Position numbers and translations under genes: made by a program. Source: Spirochaetia bacterium (GTDB lineage: Bacteria > Spirochaetota > Spirochaetia > UBA9216). From it: DNA of 64,000 nucleotides. Every line of letters starts with the position of its first letter. The stretch's first letter is position 1. Below, piece by piece: positions 1-10,045 of this stretch. The notes below the pieces were generated by a model that was given only the letters and a program-made list of their open reading frames with translations, was not told the origin of the DNA and made no database searches. The stretch is from positions 4,448,001-4,512,000 of the forward strand of contig OY776510.1 of the NCBI GenBank assembly GCA_963675665.1, given 5' to 3'.

Positions 1-7
1 TCATTTG

Positions 8-1084
8 TTATGTATAAATTTCATTCTTCAATTTCCAGATAGCACTCATATACTTTCCATTATCTCTACCAGTTGAAGCTACTGCTTTCTCAGCTGAATA
101 TGATAATTCATATTCTTCAATCTTTTCCATATTCTCTTCAATAATTCTTTTAAATCTATTCAAATCTGCATTATCTTCTAGAATTACTATGGGTTCTATC
201 TCCCCATCTCTTTCAAATGAATTATAATTATTTCTTACTAAAAACTTAAAAAATGCCCCTTTCTTACTATCTCTTAATAAATAATAAAATGGTTTCCTTG
301 CAGCCACTGTAATATCTGGAAATGGTAAAATTTGTCTCATTTCATCCAAATACACATAAGTCATTTCAAATAAAATAGTAGAATTATATAGAAACTTCAC
401 ATTTCCTTTAAATGAAGATTCATTTATAAAAAAATAACTTATTTCATCTTGAAATTCATTTACACCTTTTAACTCAAATCTAAATTCCGGATATTGTTCA
501 TTATATGCATACTTCTTATTGCCTATATCATGAATCCAAACAGAATCATCCTTTAATAATGAACAAATTCTATCAACAGGATGTATATTTAAACCAAAAC
601 GTTCTTTCCACATTTCTTCAATTAATCTTGATTCAGCTGATCTATTTGTTGGCGTATTCGTATCCCTAACTCTCGAATAGACAGTTCCTGGATATAAATT
701 TTTACCTTCCTTACTCATAATTTCTTTTAAATAATATGGTTTCTCGGGACGATTTTTTATAATTATTACATCTATATCATATTCATCAATTGTTTGTAAA
801 AATATATCAGGATATCTGTCTTCAGCAAATTTAGCATCCCTTAATATATTTATTATATCAGCTTGGGTTCTTCTATTTTCATCATTCGCTAAGCCCTTTA
901 TCTCAAATTGATCTGAAACCCCTAAGATTAAATATCTATCTTCTTCAGAAATGACATTTGCTAAACAAATTATATCTTTTACTAACTGTAAAGAGTTTCT
1001 GTGATGACATAGCTTGAAATCCCATGTATCAGATTCTTTCTTACTCAGAATAAAAATATCAACAATTTCTTTTAATAATTCCAT
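8..1084 (-). CDS. Schlafen/AlbA_2-domain protein
   Basis: N-terminal ESDTWDFK...KDIICLAN...YLILGVSD...VYSRVRDTN pattern of AlbA_2 domains. Confidence 0.75.
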   Translation of the reverse strand: MELLKEIVDIFILSKKESDTWDFKLCHHRNSLQLVKDIICLANVISEEDRYLILGVSDQFEIKGLANDENRRTQADIINILRDAKFAEDRYPDIFLQTIDEYDIDVIIIKNRPEKPYYLKEIMSKEGKNLYPGTVYSRVRDTNTPTNRSAESRLIEEMWKERFGLNIHPVDRICSLLKDDSVWIHDIGNKKYAYNEQYPEFRFELKGVNEFQDEISYFFINESSFKGNVKFLYNSTILFEMTYVYLDEMRQILPFPDITVAARKPFYYLLRDSKKGAFFKFLVRNNYNSFERDGEIEPIVILEDNADLNRFKRIIEENMEKIEEYELSYSAEKAVASTGRDNGKYMSAIWKLKNEIYT

Positions 1085-1142
1085 TTTTCTAATCTTTGTT
1101 CATTACAGCTTGCCATACTCAAGCTTCTTCTAATGTAAATTA

Positions 1143-1703
1143 TTAATACCACCTTCTATAACTATTTTGAAAAACAAGCTTTGCTTTATTAGTATTCTCT
1201 ATTGGAACATCTGGAACATATACTTCAAAATCTGCACTGTATGAAGGTTTTATGTCTTCTATAATTTCAAATTCTTTACTTGATTCACCTATCACAATAA
1301 ATAAAGAAATTCTTGACTGTGTAACTGATAAGCAATTTATTACTTTTCCTTTAACTTTGACTCCAGTTAAATGTTCATCCACTACAATATCTGAAACTAT
1401 TAAACCATGGCCTAAATCTTGCCACCCTTCAGATGTTAAATCAATTTCAAGACTAGGCAGAAATATCATATATGAGTTTAATAACTCAGATACTTTATCA
1501 ACCATGTTTTCACGAAATTCGTCATTTGCATTAAATAAGATTTCTTCTAATCGTTTATTCTTTTCATCAATTCTTGTATTGATGGTTTGCACATATAAAA
1601 ATATTCCGATTACACAGATTAAACAAGTTATGAGTGATATAATCGCTAAAATTTTTATTGCTTTAATTGTTTTTAAAATCCTTACATTTTCTTCTTCCGA
1701 CAT
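1143..1703 (-). CDS. hypothetical membrane-anchored protein
   Basis: 186-aa ORF, one N-terminal hydrophobic segment, AGGAG RBS upstream. Confidence 0.65.
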   Translation of the reverse strand: MSEEENVRILKTIKAIKILAIISLITCLICVIGIFLYVQTINTRIDEKNKRLEEILFNANDEFRENMVDKVSELLNSYMIFLPSLEIDLTSEGWQDLGHGLIVSDIVVDEHLTGVKVKGKVINCLSVTQSRISLFIVIGESSKEFEIIEDIKPSYSADFEVYVPDVPIENTNKAKLVFQNSYRRWY

Positions 1704-1918
1704 ATTAAACTCCTAACGTTGTCTTCCAGAGACCATAGTCATGCCTAAAACCCATCTCTATAATATCATTAATTATGAGAATCCTCCATTTTCTTTTAAC
1801 ATATACCATAACAACATATATTATTTCCTATACATGGCACATATTTCATAAGATTGTAAAATTCCATCTTTTTATACATAACGACGATTTGAACGCAGCC
1901 CATAGAAGTAAAACTTAT

Positions 1919-3196
1919 AAAAGTAGGGCAACCCCTTACTCGGCAAAGAGTTATTTCACGGTAGGTTCTATCTAACAATAAAACAAAATGGCCGAATGCG
2001 CAAATATGATAGCATTTCGGCCGCATAAGGAGTTTTTATGCGTTACAGAGAACCTTTTACACTATTTCTCAGGAAGTTACCCTCAGGTAAGCGAATTTGG
2101 TACTATCAGACATACGATAAAAATAACAAACGTACCAGCGCTTTTTCTACAGGGAAGAAATCAAAGACAGCAGCTAAGGCCTATTGCTTTGATTTATTAA
2201 AAAAGGATTTGCTGATCCCAATAAGACTCAGAAGGATAAACTTTATGAAATATTCTGAAAACTGGTGGCTTTGGGATGAATGCGAATATCTGAATTATCT
2301 CAAAAAGAGAAAAACGATTTCAAAATCATATGCACATACCGCGAGGGTAATGCTTGGAAAGCATATACTGCCATACTTTGAAAAAAAGTACTTATCAGAC
2401 ATCACACCGTATGATATCGAGAAATGGCTTGATACTTTTACGGCTAAGGGACTTTCAAACGCGACTGCCAACCTCGGATTAGCATTCTTAAAAATAATGC
2501 TCAAAGAAGCCGTCAGACGCGAATTGATTACTGACGATCCTTCAAGTTCAATTATGCCGCTTAAAACAGAATCAGTAGAGCGAGGGGTTCTTTCCCAGGA
2601 TGAAGTTTCAAAATTATTTGACCTTGTGAATAAAAAGCAAATATGGGCCAATGATATTTATTATTATGCAAATCTCTTATCTGCCTGCACCGGCATGCGG
2701 CTTGGCGAAGTCCTTGCTGTACGCGGCGAAGTACTTAAAGAAAATCATATTCTTGTTGACAAGCAATTTACAAAAAACTTCGGGCTCACTGATACTAAGT
2801 CACACCATGCAAGAAAGGTAATTATCCCTGAACAGTTAATGACCGAGCTTGTAAATTTTTCTGAACAGAATAAAGGCGGGTATGTCTTTTCAACCGACGG
2901 CGGAAAGCTTCCGGTATACCCTGACACATTAAGACGCTCATTATTCAAGGCATTCAAGGCTATTGGAATTGATGATGAGCAAAGACGCGAACGAAACATC
3001 TGCTTTCACAGCTGGCGTCACTACCTGAACACAACTCTTAGAAGTAATAATATCACAGATGGAAAGCTAAGAGCGCTTGTCGGCCATGCATCATCCAAGA
3101 TGACCGAACACTATACTCATTTTGACACTGATGATTTTAAGGACATTCAGGAAATCCAGAATAAAATAATAAATTTTAAAAAAGTAGGGTAACCCC
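1919..3196 (+). repeat. 17-bp direct repeat flanking the integrase (1919-1935 and 3180-3196)
   Basis: aaaagtagggcaacccc vs aaaagtagggtaacccc, 16/17 identical, each part of an imperfect palindrome. Confidence 0.6.
2038..3192 (+). CDS. tyrosine recombinase / phage-type integrase
   Basis: TGMRLGE (R), HSWRH (HxxR), VGH and HY catalytic motifs; N-terminal arm-binding-like region; TAAGGAG RBS. Confidence 0.95.
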   Translation: MRYREPFTLFLRKLPSGKRIWYYQTYDKNNKRTSAFSTGKKSKTAAKAYCFDLLKKDLLIPIRLRRINFMKYSENWWLWDECEYLNYLKKRKTISKSYAHTARVMLGKHILPYFEKKYLSDITPYDIEKWLDTFTAKGLSNATANLGLAFLKIMLKEAVRRELITDDPSSSIMPLKTESVERGVLSQDEVSKLFDLVNKKQIWANDIYYYANLLSACTGMRLGEVLAVRGEVLKENHILVDKQFTKNFGLTDTKSHHARKVIIPEQLMTELVNFSEQNKGGYVFSTDGGKLPVYPDTLRRSLFKAFKAIGIDDEQRRERNICFHSWRHYLNTTLRSNNITDGKLRALVGHASSKMTEHYTHFDTDDFKDIQEIQNKIINFKKVG

Positions 3197-3269
3197 TACC
3201 CTAACTCAATATAAAAAACTGGTAGAATAAGTACAGTCTGCCGGTTCTTTTTTTATAAGGAGGTTTGGA

Positions 3270-3524
3270 ATGAAAGCATTATTGACAATCGAAGAAGCAG
3301 CGGAGCTTACAAAACTCAGCGTAAAAACCCTGTATACATACGCGGAAAAGGAAAAAATACCGCATATCAAACTTGGGCGCAGGGTTTTGTTTGAAGAAAA
3401 CAAACTGGAAGAATGGGTATCCAGTCAAAGAGTTGAACCAACGAATGAAACAGAAAAGATTACTGCTTCTGAGAATAACACCACAGAGGATGGATTTGAA
3501 AACGATACAGGAGGCTCCGCCTGA
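3270..3524 (+). CDS. excisionase-like HTH protein (HTH_17)
   Basis: LLTIEEAAELTKLSVKTLY...KIPHIKLGRRVLF; TAAGGAGG RBS; directly follows the integrase. Confidence 0.88.
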   Translation: MKALLTIEEAAELTKLSVKTLYTYAEKEKIPHIKLGRRVLFEENKLEEWVSSQRVEPTNETEKITASENNTTEDGFENDTGGSA

Positions 3525-3816
3525 TGAAGAAGAAATATCCTACGGTTGAAAAAGCAAAGAATGACCTCAAGTCTCCTAAAAACAAGTGCGACCATGCAAA
3601 AACTACCCGAAATAGAAAATGCAAAAAATCATGTAAAATCTCTGTAGGGATTCTTTTCCGAAATTATCTCCTTCATTTATTTCTGCTGACGAATCAATTA
3701 AATGCAAGATCTGTTCACAAAATTATTAAATTCATTATATGGAATTCCCGATCCCATACCCTTCCAAGAAAACAGAAGAATAAACCTGACGGCGCCAGCC
3801 GCCAGGTTAAAATGGC

Positions 3817-4077
3817 TTACTTACCGTACTGTGCAGGTGCTGAATCTGCAACACCAGCAATAGCACTTGAAAGCGGACACAGAGAACAGCGCCTGTCTCG
3901 GCAATTGCTGCAGATGTTATTGCATTTCTGCATAGAGCTAAAAGCAGTAACTGCAAGATTCAGTGTTTGCGTCATTGGTTTGTTTAATGCCCACGCGAGC
4001 CGCCTAAGAATGAAAGCCGTTTCGGAACTGATTTGGGGAGTATAAACCCTATGTTTTGGTTGTTGACTCTGATACAT
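3817..4077 (-). CDS. small Cys-rich hypothetical protein
   Basis: GGAGG RBS; YTPQIS...LRRLAWA motif and C-terminal CxxC...CxxC. Confidence 0.65.
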   Translation of the reverse strand: MYQSQQPKHRVYTPQISSETAFILRRLAWALNKPMTQTLNLAVTAFSSMQKCNNICSNCRDRRCSLCPLSSAIAGVADSAPAQYGK

Positions 4078-4157
4078 AATGTACCTCCGTTTAGTGATTT
4101 GTTTTACGGACGAACAAAGGATTTACCTCCCTTACTTGCCGCGCTTAACCGTTCCCG

Positions 4158-4240
4158 ACCAGCCTTCATCTGGCCATGTCAAGGCCGACCGGAGGGAGCC
4201 CGCAGGGCCGAAGGGCCTTTACCTGGACAGATAAGGCGGT
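4158..4240 (+). promoter_or_regulatory. long imperfect hairpin with three cGNAg mini-loops; candidate ssDNA (Frpo-like) promoter
   Basis: accagccttcatctggccatgtcaaggcc pairs with ggcctttacctggacagataaggcggt; inner ccGGAgg, ccGCAgg, ccGAAgg; TTTACC-16-TACAAT in the 3' arm. Confidence 0.5.
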
Positions 4241-4308
4241 ACAATGAGAGACGTGCGGAAGCAATGTTTGTTAAAGGATTGTTCTTTATATTATTTCAGA
4301 TTGAATCA

Positions 4309-4662
4309 TCACCTGTTGCCGGCCCGCCGACGTTTGTTGATAGTATAGATTACTATATCAAGAATCATCTGCCACAAAATTTTAGCCTTTTCGCTTTCAG
4401 AAATCAGAATTCCAAGTTTTAAAAAGGAGTAGAAATCAAAAACACCAAGGCTTGGCTCCTTTTTGATGTTAACGAAATACATTTCGTCGACATCAGATTC
4501 GGAAATGACTAATTTCAACTCCTGCAAAGCTTTACCCCGTAAAACCGCGCAACCGTTTTGTTTAAGCTCATCTTCGTTCTGAGGAAGATAACTATCAATA
4601 GTTCTGGGGCTTACCTCAAAAAAATCGGTCAACTTCTCTTTGGTAAGAACAGACTTATCCAT
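4309..4662 (-). pseudogene. fragment of a DNA-binding protein
   Basis: LTKEKLTDFFEVSPRTIDSY HTH-like segment; appears truncated at both ends. Confidence 0.5.
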
Positions 4663-4689
4663 TTAGTTGATGGTATGGATTCCGAGCGC

Positions 4690-5119
4690 TTTATTTGTAT
4701 TTGAATCCAGCTTCTTTTATTGCAGTATGTTTAAAATCAAGCTGTAAATTATCGATTCTGTATGATCTGTCAGGACCATCAGAAATATATTTATAATGAG
4801 CAGGTACCTATGTAAATAAACCAAGGTAGTTCAATGCAGTATTCCCCGAAGGCTGAATCCGCCATTTAAACTTACGCGCTATTGCATTGGCAACTTGTTC
4901 GATATTACGGCTCAAGTCCAGATTCAGAAGCTGACTAAACTTCGGATAGTCGTAAACACCGGTACAGACACGGCAGATAACACCCTTTTTAGCTAATCCA
5001 GAAAGAGATTTTCTAACATTAATATCCGTAAAATCTGCAACGAAATCATTCTTGGTAAAGGCTCACCCCCTACCGCGGCTATAAATTCTTGCAATTACTT
5101 TATCTGTAACAGATTGCAT
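4690..5119 (-). pseudogene. DUF6088 (AbiEi-like antitoxin) pseudogene
   Basis: manual translation MQSVTDKVIARIYSRGRG*AFTKNDF...GVYDYPKFS...NIEQVANAIARKFKWRIQPSGNTALNYLGLFT*VPAHYKYISDGPDRSY with in-frame stops; 3' end approximate. Confidence 0.75.
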
Positions 5120-5222
5120 AAGCTATTGTTACTCCATTTTTTCACAAAAATATATAAATTTTTGTGAATTTTTTGAGGCATCAATTTTCGCCAGCGCCGA
5201 CGTTTTTCCGGCAATTGCGGTA

Positions 5223-6038
5223 TCATCTCATAAACCGCTCCACAGACATGGTCTCGGTATCAATTACTACAAAGACCAGAGTTCCTGTTTGACCTGGTTG
5301 AATTACAATCGTGTTATCTACTTTATTCTTCCATTTTCCGCTTACATCAGGTGATTCATGGATGTGGCCATGTAATGTGAATAAGGGTTGTCTGTCCTTG
5401 ATGAAATCATATACTGAATCTGAACCGACTGTTCTACCATCCATACATACATCTAATCCGAGACTCGATGGCGGCATGTGAATGATATAAACAACCTTTT
5501 CATTACCGGATTTCGGCAAATTCTCAAGTTCACCATGTATGGTAGGCAATTTTTTTACATATCCAGGCCAATCGGTAATTTCAGTCCATCCGCCTTCAGT
5601 CGAAAGCAACGCAGTTCCGTATTGCATCTGAAGACTATAATCATCATGATCCATTCGGCATCTGTCTTTCAATCTGAACGGGTAATCGACAACCCAGTTC
5701 ATTCCAATAAAATCAATATCTTTTATCGTTACCATATTCTGAGCTATATCATGGATATAATCAAATCGACTGCATTCGTCCTGAAAAAGTCCGTCAAATA
5801 TCTTTAGATCATCATTTCCCGGGTAACACAGATAATGGACTCTTAGTTGCTCAAATCTTTCAAAATGCTTATGCAGTTTATCCTTTATAAAAGCATCCTG
5901 TTTGTGCAGCTCAATATTCTTAGGAAACATATCTCCACCGTTAATCACAACGTCAGGATGTAATTCATCAGCAACATTCACTAATTCATCATATTTTCGA
6001 TTATCACCGTGAAGATCTGTAGTGTATATTATTTTCAT
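5223..6038 (-). CDS. calcineurin-like metallophosphoesterase
   Basis: DLHG, GGD, GNDD, HMPP, GHIHE motifs. Confidence 0.9.
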   Translation of the reverse strand: MKIIYTTDLHGDNRKYDELVNVADELHPDVVINGGDMFPKNIELHKQDAFIKDKLHKHFERFEQLRVHYLCYPGNDDLKIFDGLFQDECSRFDYIHDIAQNMVTIKDIDFIGMNWVVDYPFRLKDRCRMDHDDYSLQMQYGTALLSTEGGWTEITDWPGYVKKLPTIHGELENLPKSGNEKVVYIIHMPPSSLGLDVCMDGRTVGSDSVYDFIKDRQPLFTLHGHIHESPDVSGKWKNKVDNTIVIQPGQTGTLVFVVIDTETMSVERFMR

Positions 6039-6046
6039 TGCGCTCT

Positions 6047-6604
6047 TTAATCGTCGAATATTCCACCGTTAGCGGCTCTACCATGAAACTTATGCTTTTT
6101 GACCAAAGCGCCAAGCGGATCATTTGATTCCAATATTTCTCTTTTTGAAAAAAGATTAAATGTATTTGATAAGAAGGTTTCTTTATCTTCGACTTTGTCA
6201 TATTCATTAAGAATTGATATTCCCTGATACAAACTGCTGAAACGTCTATGCCATAGGTCCCGTTCCGTTTGAGCCTTGTCCAGCCATTCAATGAGATCAA
6301 GCCTGTCAATTGAGTTCAATCTTTCTTCTGCTTCATCTTCTGAATTGAAAATACCGATATATATTGAATGCCAGATAACGACATAAACCATGCCGTCATT
6401 TATTTCTTTCGGCCACCGACATTTCTCACAATACAGCGTTTCAGTAATAATCCCCGTTCTTATCCTGCAGCCTCGTGTTATATCTCCCGGTTCATATGTA
6501 TCCATAGAATTTTCAAAAACTTTGGTCTGAACAGAATTGATTTCATTGCCGCAATCAGGACATTTTATCGAATCCCCCAGTATTAATGTGTCGAATAATC
6601 CCAT
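6047..6604 (-). CDS. hypothetical protein with Zn-ribbon
   Basis: MGLFD...CPDCG...QTK...CEKC; co-oriented with the phosphoesterase. Confidence 0.7.
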   Translation of the reverse strand: MGLFDTLILGDSIKCPDCGNEINSVQTKVFENSMDTYEPGDITRGCRIRTGIITETLYCEKCRWPKEINDGMVYVVIWHSIYIGIFNSEDEAEERLNSIDRLDLIEWLDKAQTERDLWHRRFSSLYQGISILNEYDKVEDKETFLSNTFNLFSKREILESNDPLGALVKKHKFHGRAANGGIFDD

Positions 6605-6647
6605 ATTTTGCCCCCCACTTTTTATATTCTTTCTACTATTACCAAGT

Positions 6648-6836
6648 TTAATCTATAATTTTATATCTACCTTCCGCTGCTTCTTTCATGCTTTTTTTCA
6701 GCCCCTTTATAAGTTTCTTATTCTCAAGGATTTCCGCCATCTCTTCGTCACTCACGGAATTATTCTCTAATTTTGATAAATAGGGATTTTTTATTGCATT
6801 CAAAAAATCATAATGTTCTTTCATCCTCTTTCTCAC
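6648..6836 (-). CDS. small antitoxin-like protein (BrnA/CopG-like N-terminus), possibly degenerate
   Basis: MKEHYDFLNAIKNPY start resembles BrnA-type antitoxins. Confidence 0.4.
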   Translation of the reverse strand: MRKRMKEHYDFLNAIKNPYLSKLENNSVSDEEMAEILENKKLIKGLKKSMKEAAEGRYKIID

Positions 6837-7099
6837 CTATAAGAATATAGTGTTACGCAGTTTTATACGTTACTAACGTATATTTCATTATAACCTGAAT
6901 CTAATAAAAATAATTCCGGTGTTTTGCATTTTTATACCGGGGTGACAGTTGGCAAATTTATTTTAATTATCTCATGACTCATCTTTAAAGCCATCTACTA
7001 AAACATATTGTAATACAAGAATCAGTAAATATCAAACATTCATGATGTTGTCCGCCACATAACCTTGACAACTTCATATATTAGTATAGTATTAGTGGC

Positions 7100-7699
7100 A
7101 TGAATACTATGAGAGATAGAGCCAAACAACTCCTCATTCTTAAACCTCTGCTCAGCACCCAGGAAATAACCGCAGAAGGCATAGACCGTAAAACGATAAA
7201 GAGAATGACAGACGATGGAGAACTCATCCGTGTATCAAGAGGGCTTTACTGTTCACCGGATTATATCCCCGGCAACAATCATTCGATAATAGAAGCACAG
7301 AAAATAATCAAACAAGGTGTTGTTTGCCTTCTGTCTGCCCTGTCCTTTCACGAGATAGGAACACAGAATCCGTCACAGGTATGGATGGCTATTCCTAAAA
7401 CAGCCTGGAAACCTGCGATAGAATCGCTCCCGGTGCAAATAGTCAGATTTACCGGGCCGGCATATGAAGAAGGAATAATTGAAGAAAAAATTGTAAATGA
7501 TAATATCAGAATTTATAACATTCCTAAAACGATTTCCGACTGCTTCAAATTCAGAAATAAAATCGGCCTTGAGCCGGCTATAGAGGCGCTGAAGGATGTG
7601 ATAGGTAATAAGCGCACCACTGTAGATGAGCTGCTCTATTATGCTGATATATGCAGAGTAAAAAATGTAATCACGCCATATCTGGAAAGTATAATATGA
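7100..7699 (+). CDS. abiEi: type IV TA antitoxin, AbiEi family
   Basis: LIRVSRGLY, CLLSALSFHEI, KTISDCFKFRNKIG motifs; TTGACA promoter just upstream suggests a leaderless mRNA. Confidence 0.88.
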   Translation: MNTMRDRAKQLLILKPLLSTQEITAEGIDRKTIKRMTDDGELIRVSRGLYCSPDYIPGNNHSIIEAQKIIKQGVVCLLSALSFHEIGTQNPSQVWMAIPKTAWKPAIESLPVQIVRFTGPAYEEGIIEEKIVNDNIRIYNIPKTISDCFKFRNKIGLEPAIEALKDVIGNKRTTVDELLYYADICRVKNVITPYLESII

Positions 7700-8040
7700 A
7701 AAAAGATCCTGTAAACATACCTGCATCAATACTATCCCGCCTTCTGAATTACAGCCGCGATCAAAAAACTGACTATCAATCACTACTGAATAAATACATT
7801 GCGGAACGGTTTTTGTATCGGCTTGGTCAAACTGAATACAAAGAATCATTCATTCTGAAAGGCGCGTATATCCTTACCATAATGCTTGAAGATCAGACAT
7901 ATCGAACAACAAAGGATATAGATTTTTAAAAACCGGTAATACGGAAAAAGAAGAAATCAATAACAGCAATTTGTAATACTATATGCCCTGAAGATGGAGT
8001 AACCTTTGATGCAGGTTCTATTAAGATAGAGGACATTCGG
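7696..8040 (+). pseudogene. abiEii: AbiEii nucleotidyltransferase toxin, frameshifted and truncated
   Basis: ATGA overlap with abiEi; ERFLYRL, FILKGA, RTTKDIDF then frameshift; ...EDGVTFD... continues in another frame. Confidence 0.85.
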
Positions 8041-8041
8041 G

Positions 8042-8245
8042 ATGTTTCTGACCAATCAGAAAGCAAAAACCGGAAGACCTCCGATTACAATAAAAATCAG
8101 AAAACTCATCATTGAGATGAAGAAGCTTAATCTTCTCTGGGGTTACCGCCATATTTCGGGTGAGCTAGATAAAATCGATATTGATGTCTCAAAGGACACC
8201 GTTGCAAGGATTATTCAGAAGGGCCGAAAGTTCTTCCGTACATAA
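8042..8245 (+). pseudogene. transposase fragment (integrase-core type IS)
   Basis: GRPPI...LWGYRHISGELDK...VSKDTVARII. Confidence 0.7.
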
Positions 8246-8266
8246 AAAAGCAAGCTTGCTTTTTTT
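8244..8266. terminator. hairpin with A/T tails downstream of the tRNA remnant
   Basis: aaaaaagcaagcttgctttttt palindrome. Confidence 0.5.
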
Positions 8267-8359
8267 GCCCAGAACTGGACTCGAACCAGTACGTACGGTG
8301 CAACTTTTTGAGTTAGACAATAGAGAATAACGTTGTCCGTGAAGACACTAGACCCTGAA
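8266..8359 (-). pseudogene. 3' half of tRNA-Leu(CAG), interrupted; probable att-site duplication
   Basis: minus strand TTCAGGG-TCTAG (anticodon loop and 3' stem), variable arm TGTCTTCACGGAC, T-arm ACTGGTTCGAGTCCAGT, acceptor TCTGGGCA; ~42-bp insert at 8295-8336; no 5' half. Confidence 0.75.
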
Positions 8360-8574
8360 CTCAGTCTGTGTCCTCATGTAGTTTATATAGTGCAGTATAT
8401 AGCAGCATAAGAAGTGCTTATGCGGTAAGATTTCCATATAAGCCTTCTGGGTTTGTATAATTAAGGCGTCAGTATCGGCGTCGACAGGTTATTAATTTTA
8501 TCGACTATATAAATACTGCCCAGGTAAATAAAACTAACCAACGGGCTTGAAATCCTCCCGATGTAAAAAAGCTG

Positions 8575-10045
8575 ATATGATGTGACCCTTGTCAACAGTT
8601 AAATACTTTTTCCTGCTTAACCTCCCGACATCCGGGCAGTAAGAAAGATAGAGAAGTTTATTACGCGGCGATAGACCACTCTGGTATTCGCGGATTGGTT
8701 ACCGCAGGTCAATGGGATCGTCGGGAGCTTCCTCTGTCTACGGACAAGGATAAATAAATATATTGCCTTCAGCTTTTTACAAGGATTCTCCGTTATCGCT
8801 TCCGCTTCTCTATCCATCCTTCCACCCGGATACAATTTCATTTATTCAATTCTCAGCTTAAAGCTGTTTGACCAACCATCATTCCCCAGATGAAACCAGC
8901 CAGCTCTCGTGCTACTGCAGTAACAATTTTCGGACTTGCTTTCCATCTTTGACTTATTTCTTATTGAGTCTGATTCCGGCTTTATCAGCATAGGCGATTA
9001 TTTCCAGCTCCTGCCCTTTCCGCTTTTGAGAGAGTCTTTTCGATGGCCCATAATGACGATAATGCCAACCAGCCTCAATTAGTAGCATCCTCAGACGGGA
9101 GTTGCCTGCCTTTGTGATACGCCCCTGTTTCCTCATCTCTCCACTTGAATGCTCTGAAGGGACAAGACCCATATATGCCATAAACCCCTCAGCTTTTTTG
9201 AAACGCCTAAAGTCTCCGATCTCTGCCACAAAGGTTAAAGCGGATAATGTGCTGATCCCTTTGAGGCATTTCAGCTTTGATACTCGTTCTGCATACTGGG
9301 CTTCTGTGCTGATCTCCTCAATTCGTTCGGTGATTCTTTCAATTTTTGCTTCCATCTCCAGTATGGCCGTGTAATATTCGTTGAAAACTTCCCTGTGGAT
9401 GTCCTCCTCAAAGATTAGAGTTTTCATCCACCTGTGAAAGATTCCAGTCCAGTATCTATTACTGGTAGGATACTTCTTTCCTAATCGAAGCAAGAACTGC
9501 ATCATTCGCTGTTTCTGTCTTTTTAGATCTTTCCGCATATCGTTGCACATTCTCAAATAATCTCGAACCACTTCATCTGAACGGGTTGGAATGTAAACAT
9601 TGACAATCTCCTGGTTTCTTAATGCCTTTGCCAGCAAGACTGCATCACGACTGTCTGTTTTAATCCTATCACCGGGTTTACGTGGAAGCATTGAGGGCGC
9701 GGCAACATAGCAGGATATTTCCATCTCTTCAAGCTGTCTGTAAAGTGTAAAACCGGTTGGGTCTGCTTCGTAACAGCAAATGATATTGGCTGATCTATCT
9801 TTCAGCTTTGTGAAGTACTTTTTGATTCCACCAGGTTCATTTCTGATCTGTCTTTCAAACTCGATGGTTCGGCTATTGTCTCTGATGACCGCTAAAGAGA
9901 TAGTTTCTTTGTGGACATCCATTCCAACATAAAATAAACTGTTCATTGTGACCTCCGTTGATTTGTATGTGGCGTGCTTGCATTTAGGTGTAATTTATTA
10001 TGCGGGCTAATCTACGATATTGCAAACACGGGGGTCACTTCATAT
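8575..10045 (-). mobile_element. IS110 family element (IS1111-like, subterminal inverted repeats)
   Basis: atatgatgtgaccc (8575-8588) and gggtcacttcatat (10032-10045) are 13/14 inverted repeats around a DEDD transposase. Confidence 0.75.
8860..9946 (-). pseudogene. IS110 transposase with premature stop
   Basis: GMDVHK, CYEA, KTDSRDA, GLVPSEHSSG motifs; ORF stops at 8954 but IVTAVARELAGFIWGMM follows downstream. Confidence 0.85.

Noticed and set aside
2038-3192. Integrase as the array's IntI
   Set aside because: Phage-type N-terminus, paired with an excisionase, no recognisable IntI-specific insertion, and located 26 kb beyond the distal end of the array.
3524-4422. ORFs 3524-4045 and 4033-4422 (+)
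   Set aside because: They overlap a better-supported minus-strand gene and the hairpin, and have no recognisable motifs.
8266-8359. Functional tRNA-Leu
   Set aside because: The 5' half is missing and the 3' half is interrupted.
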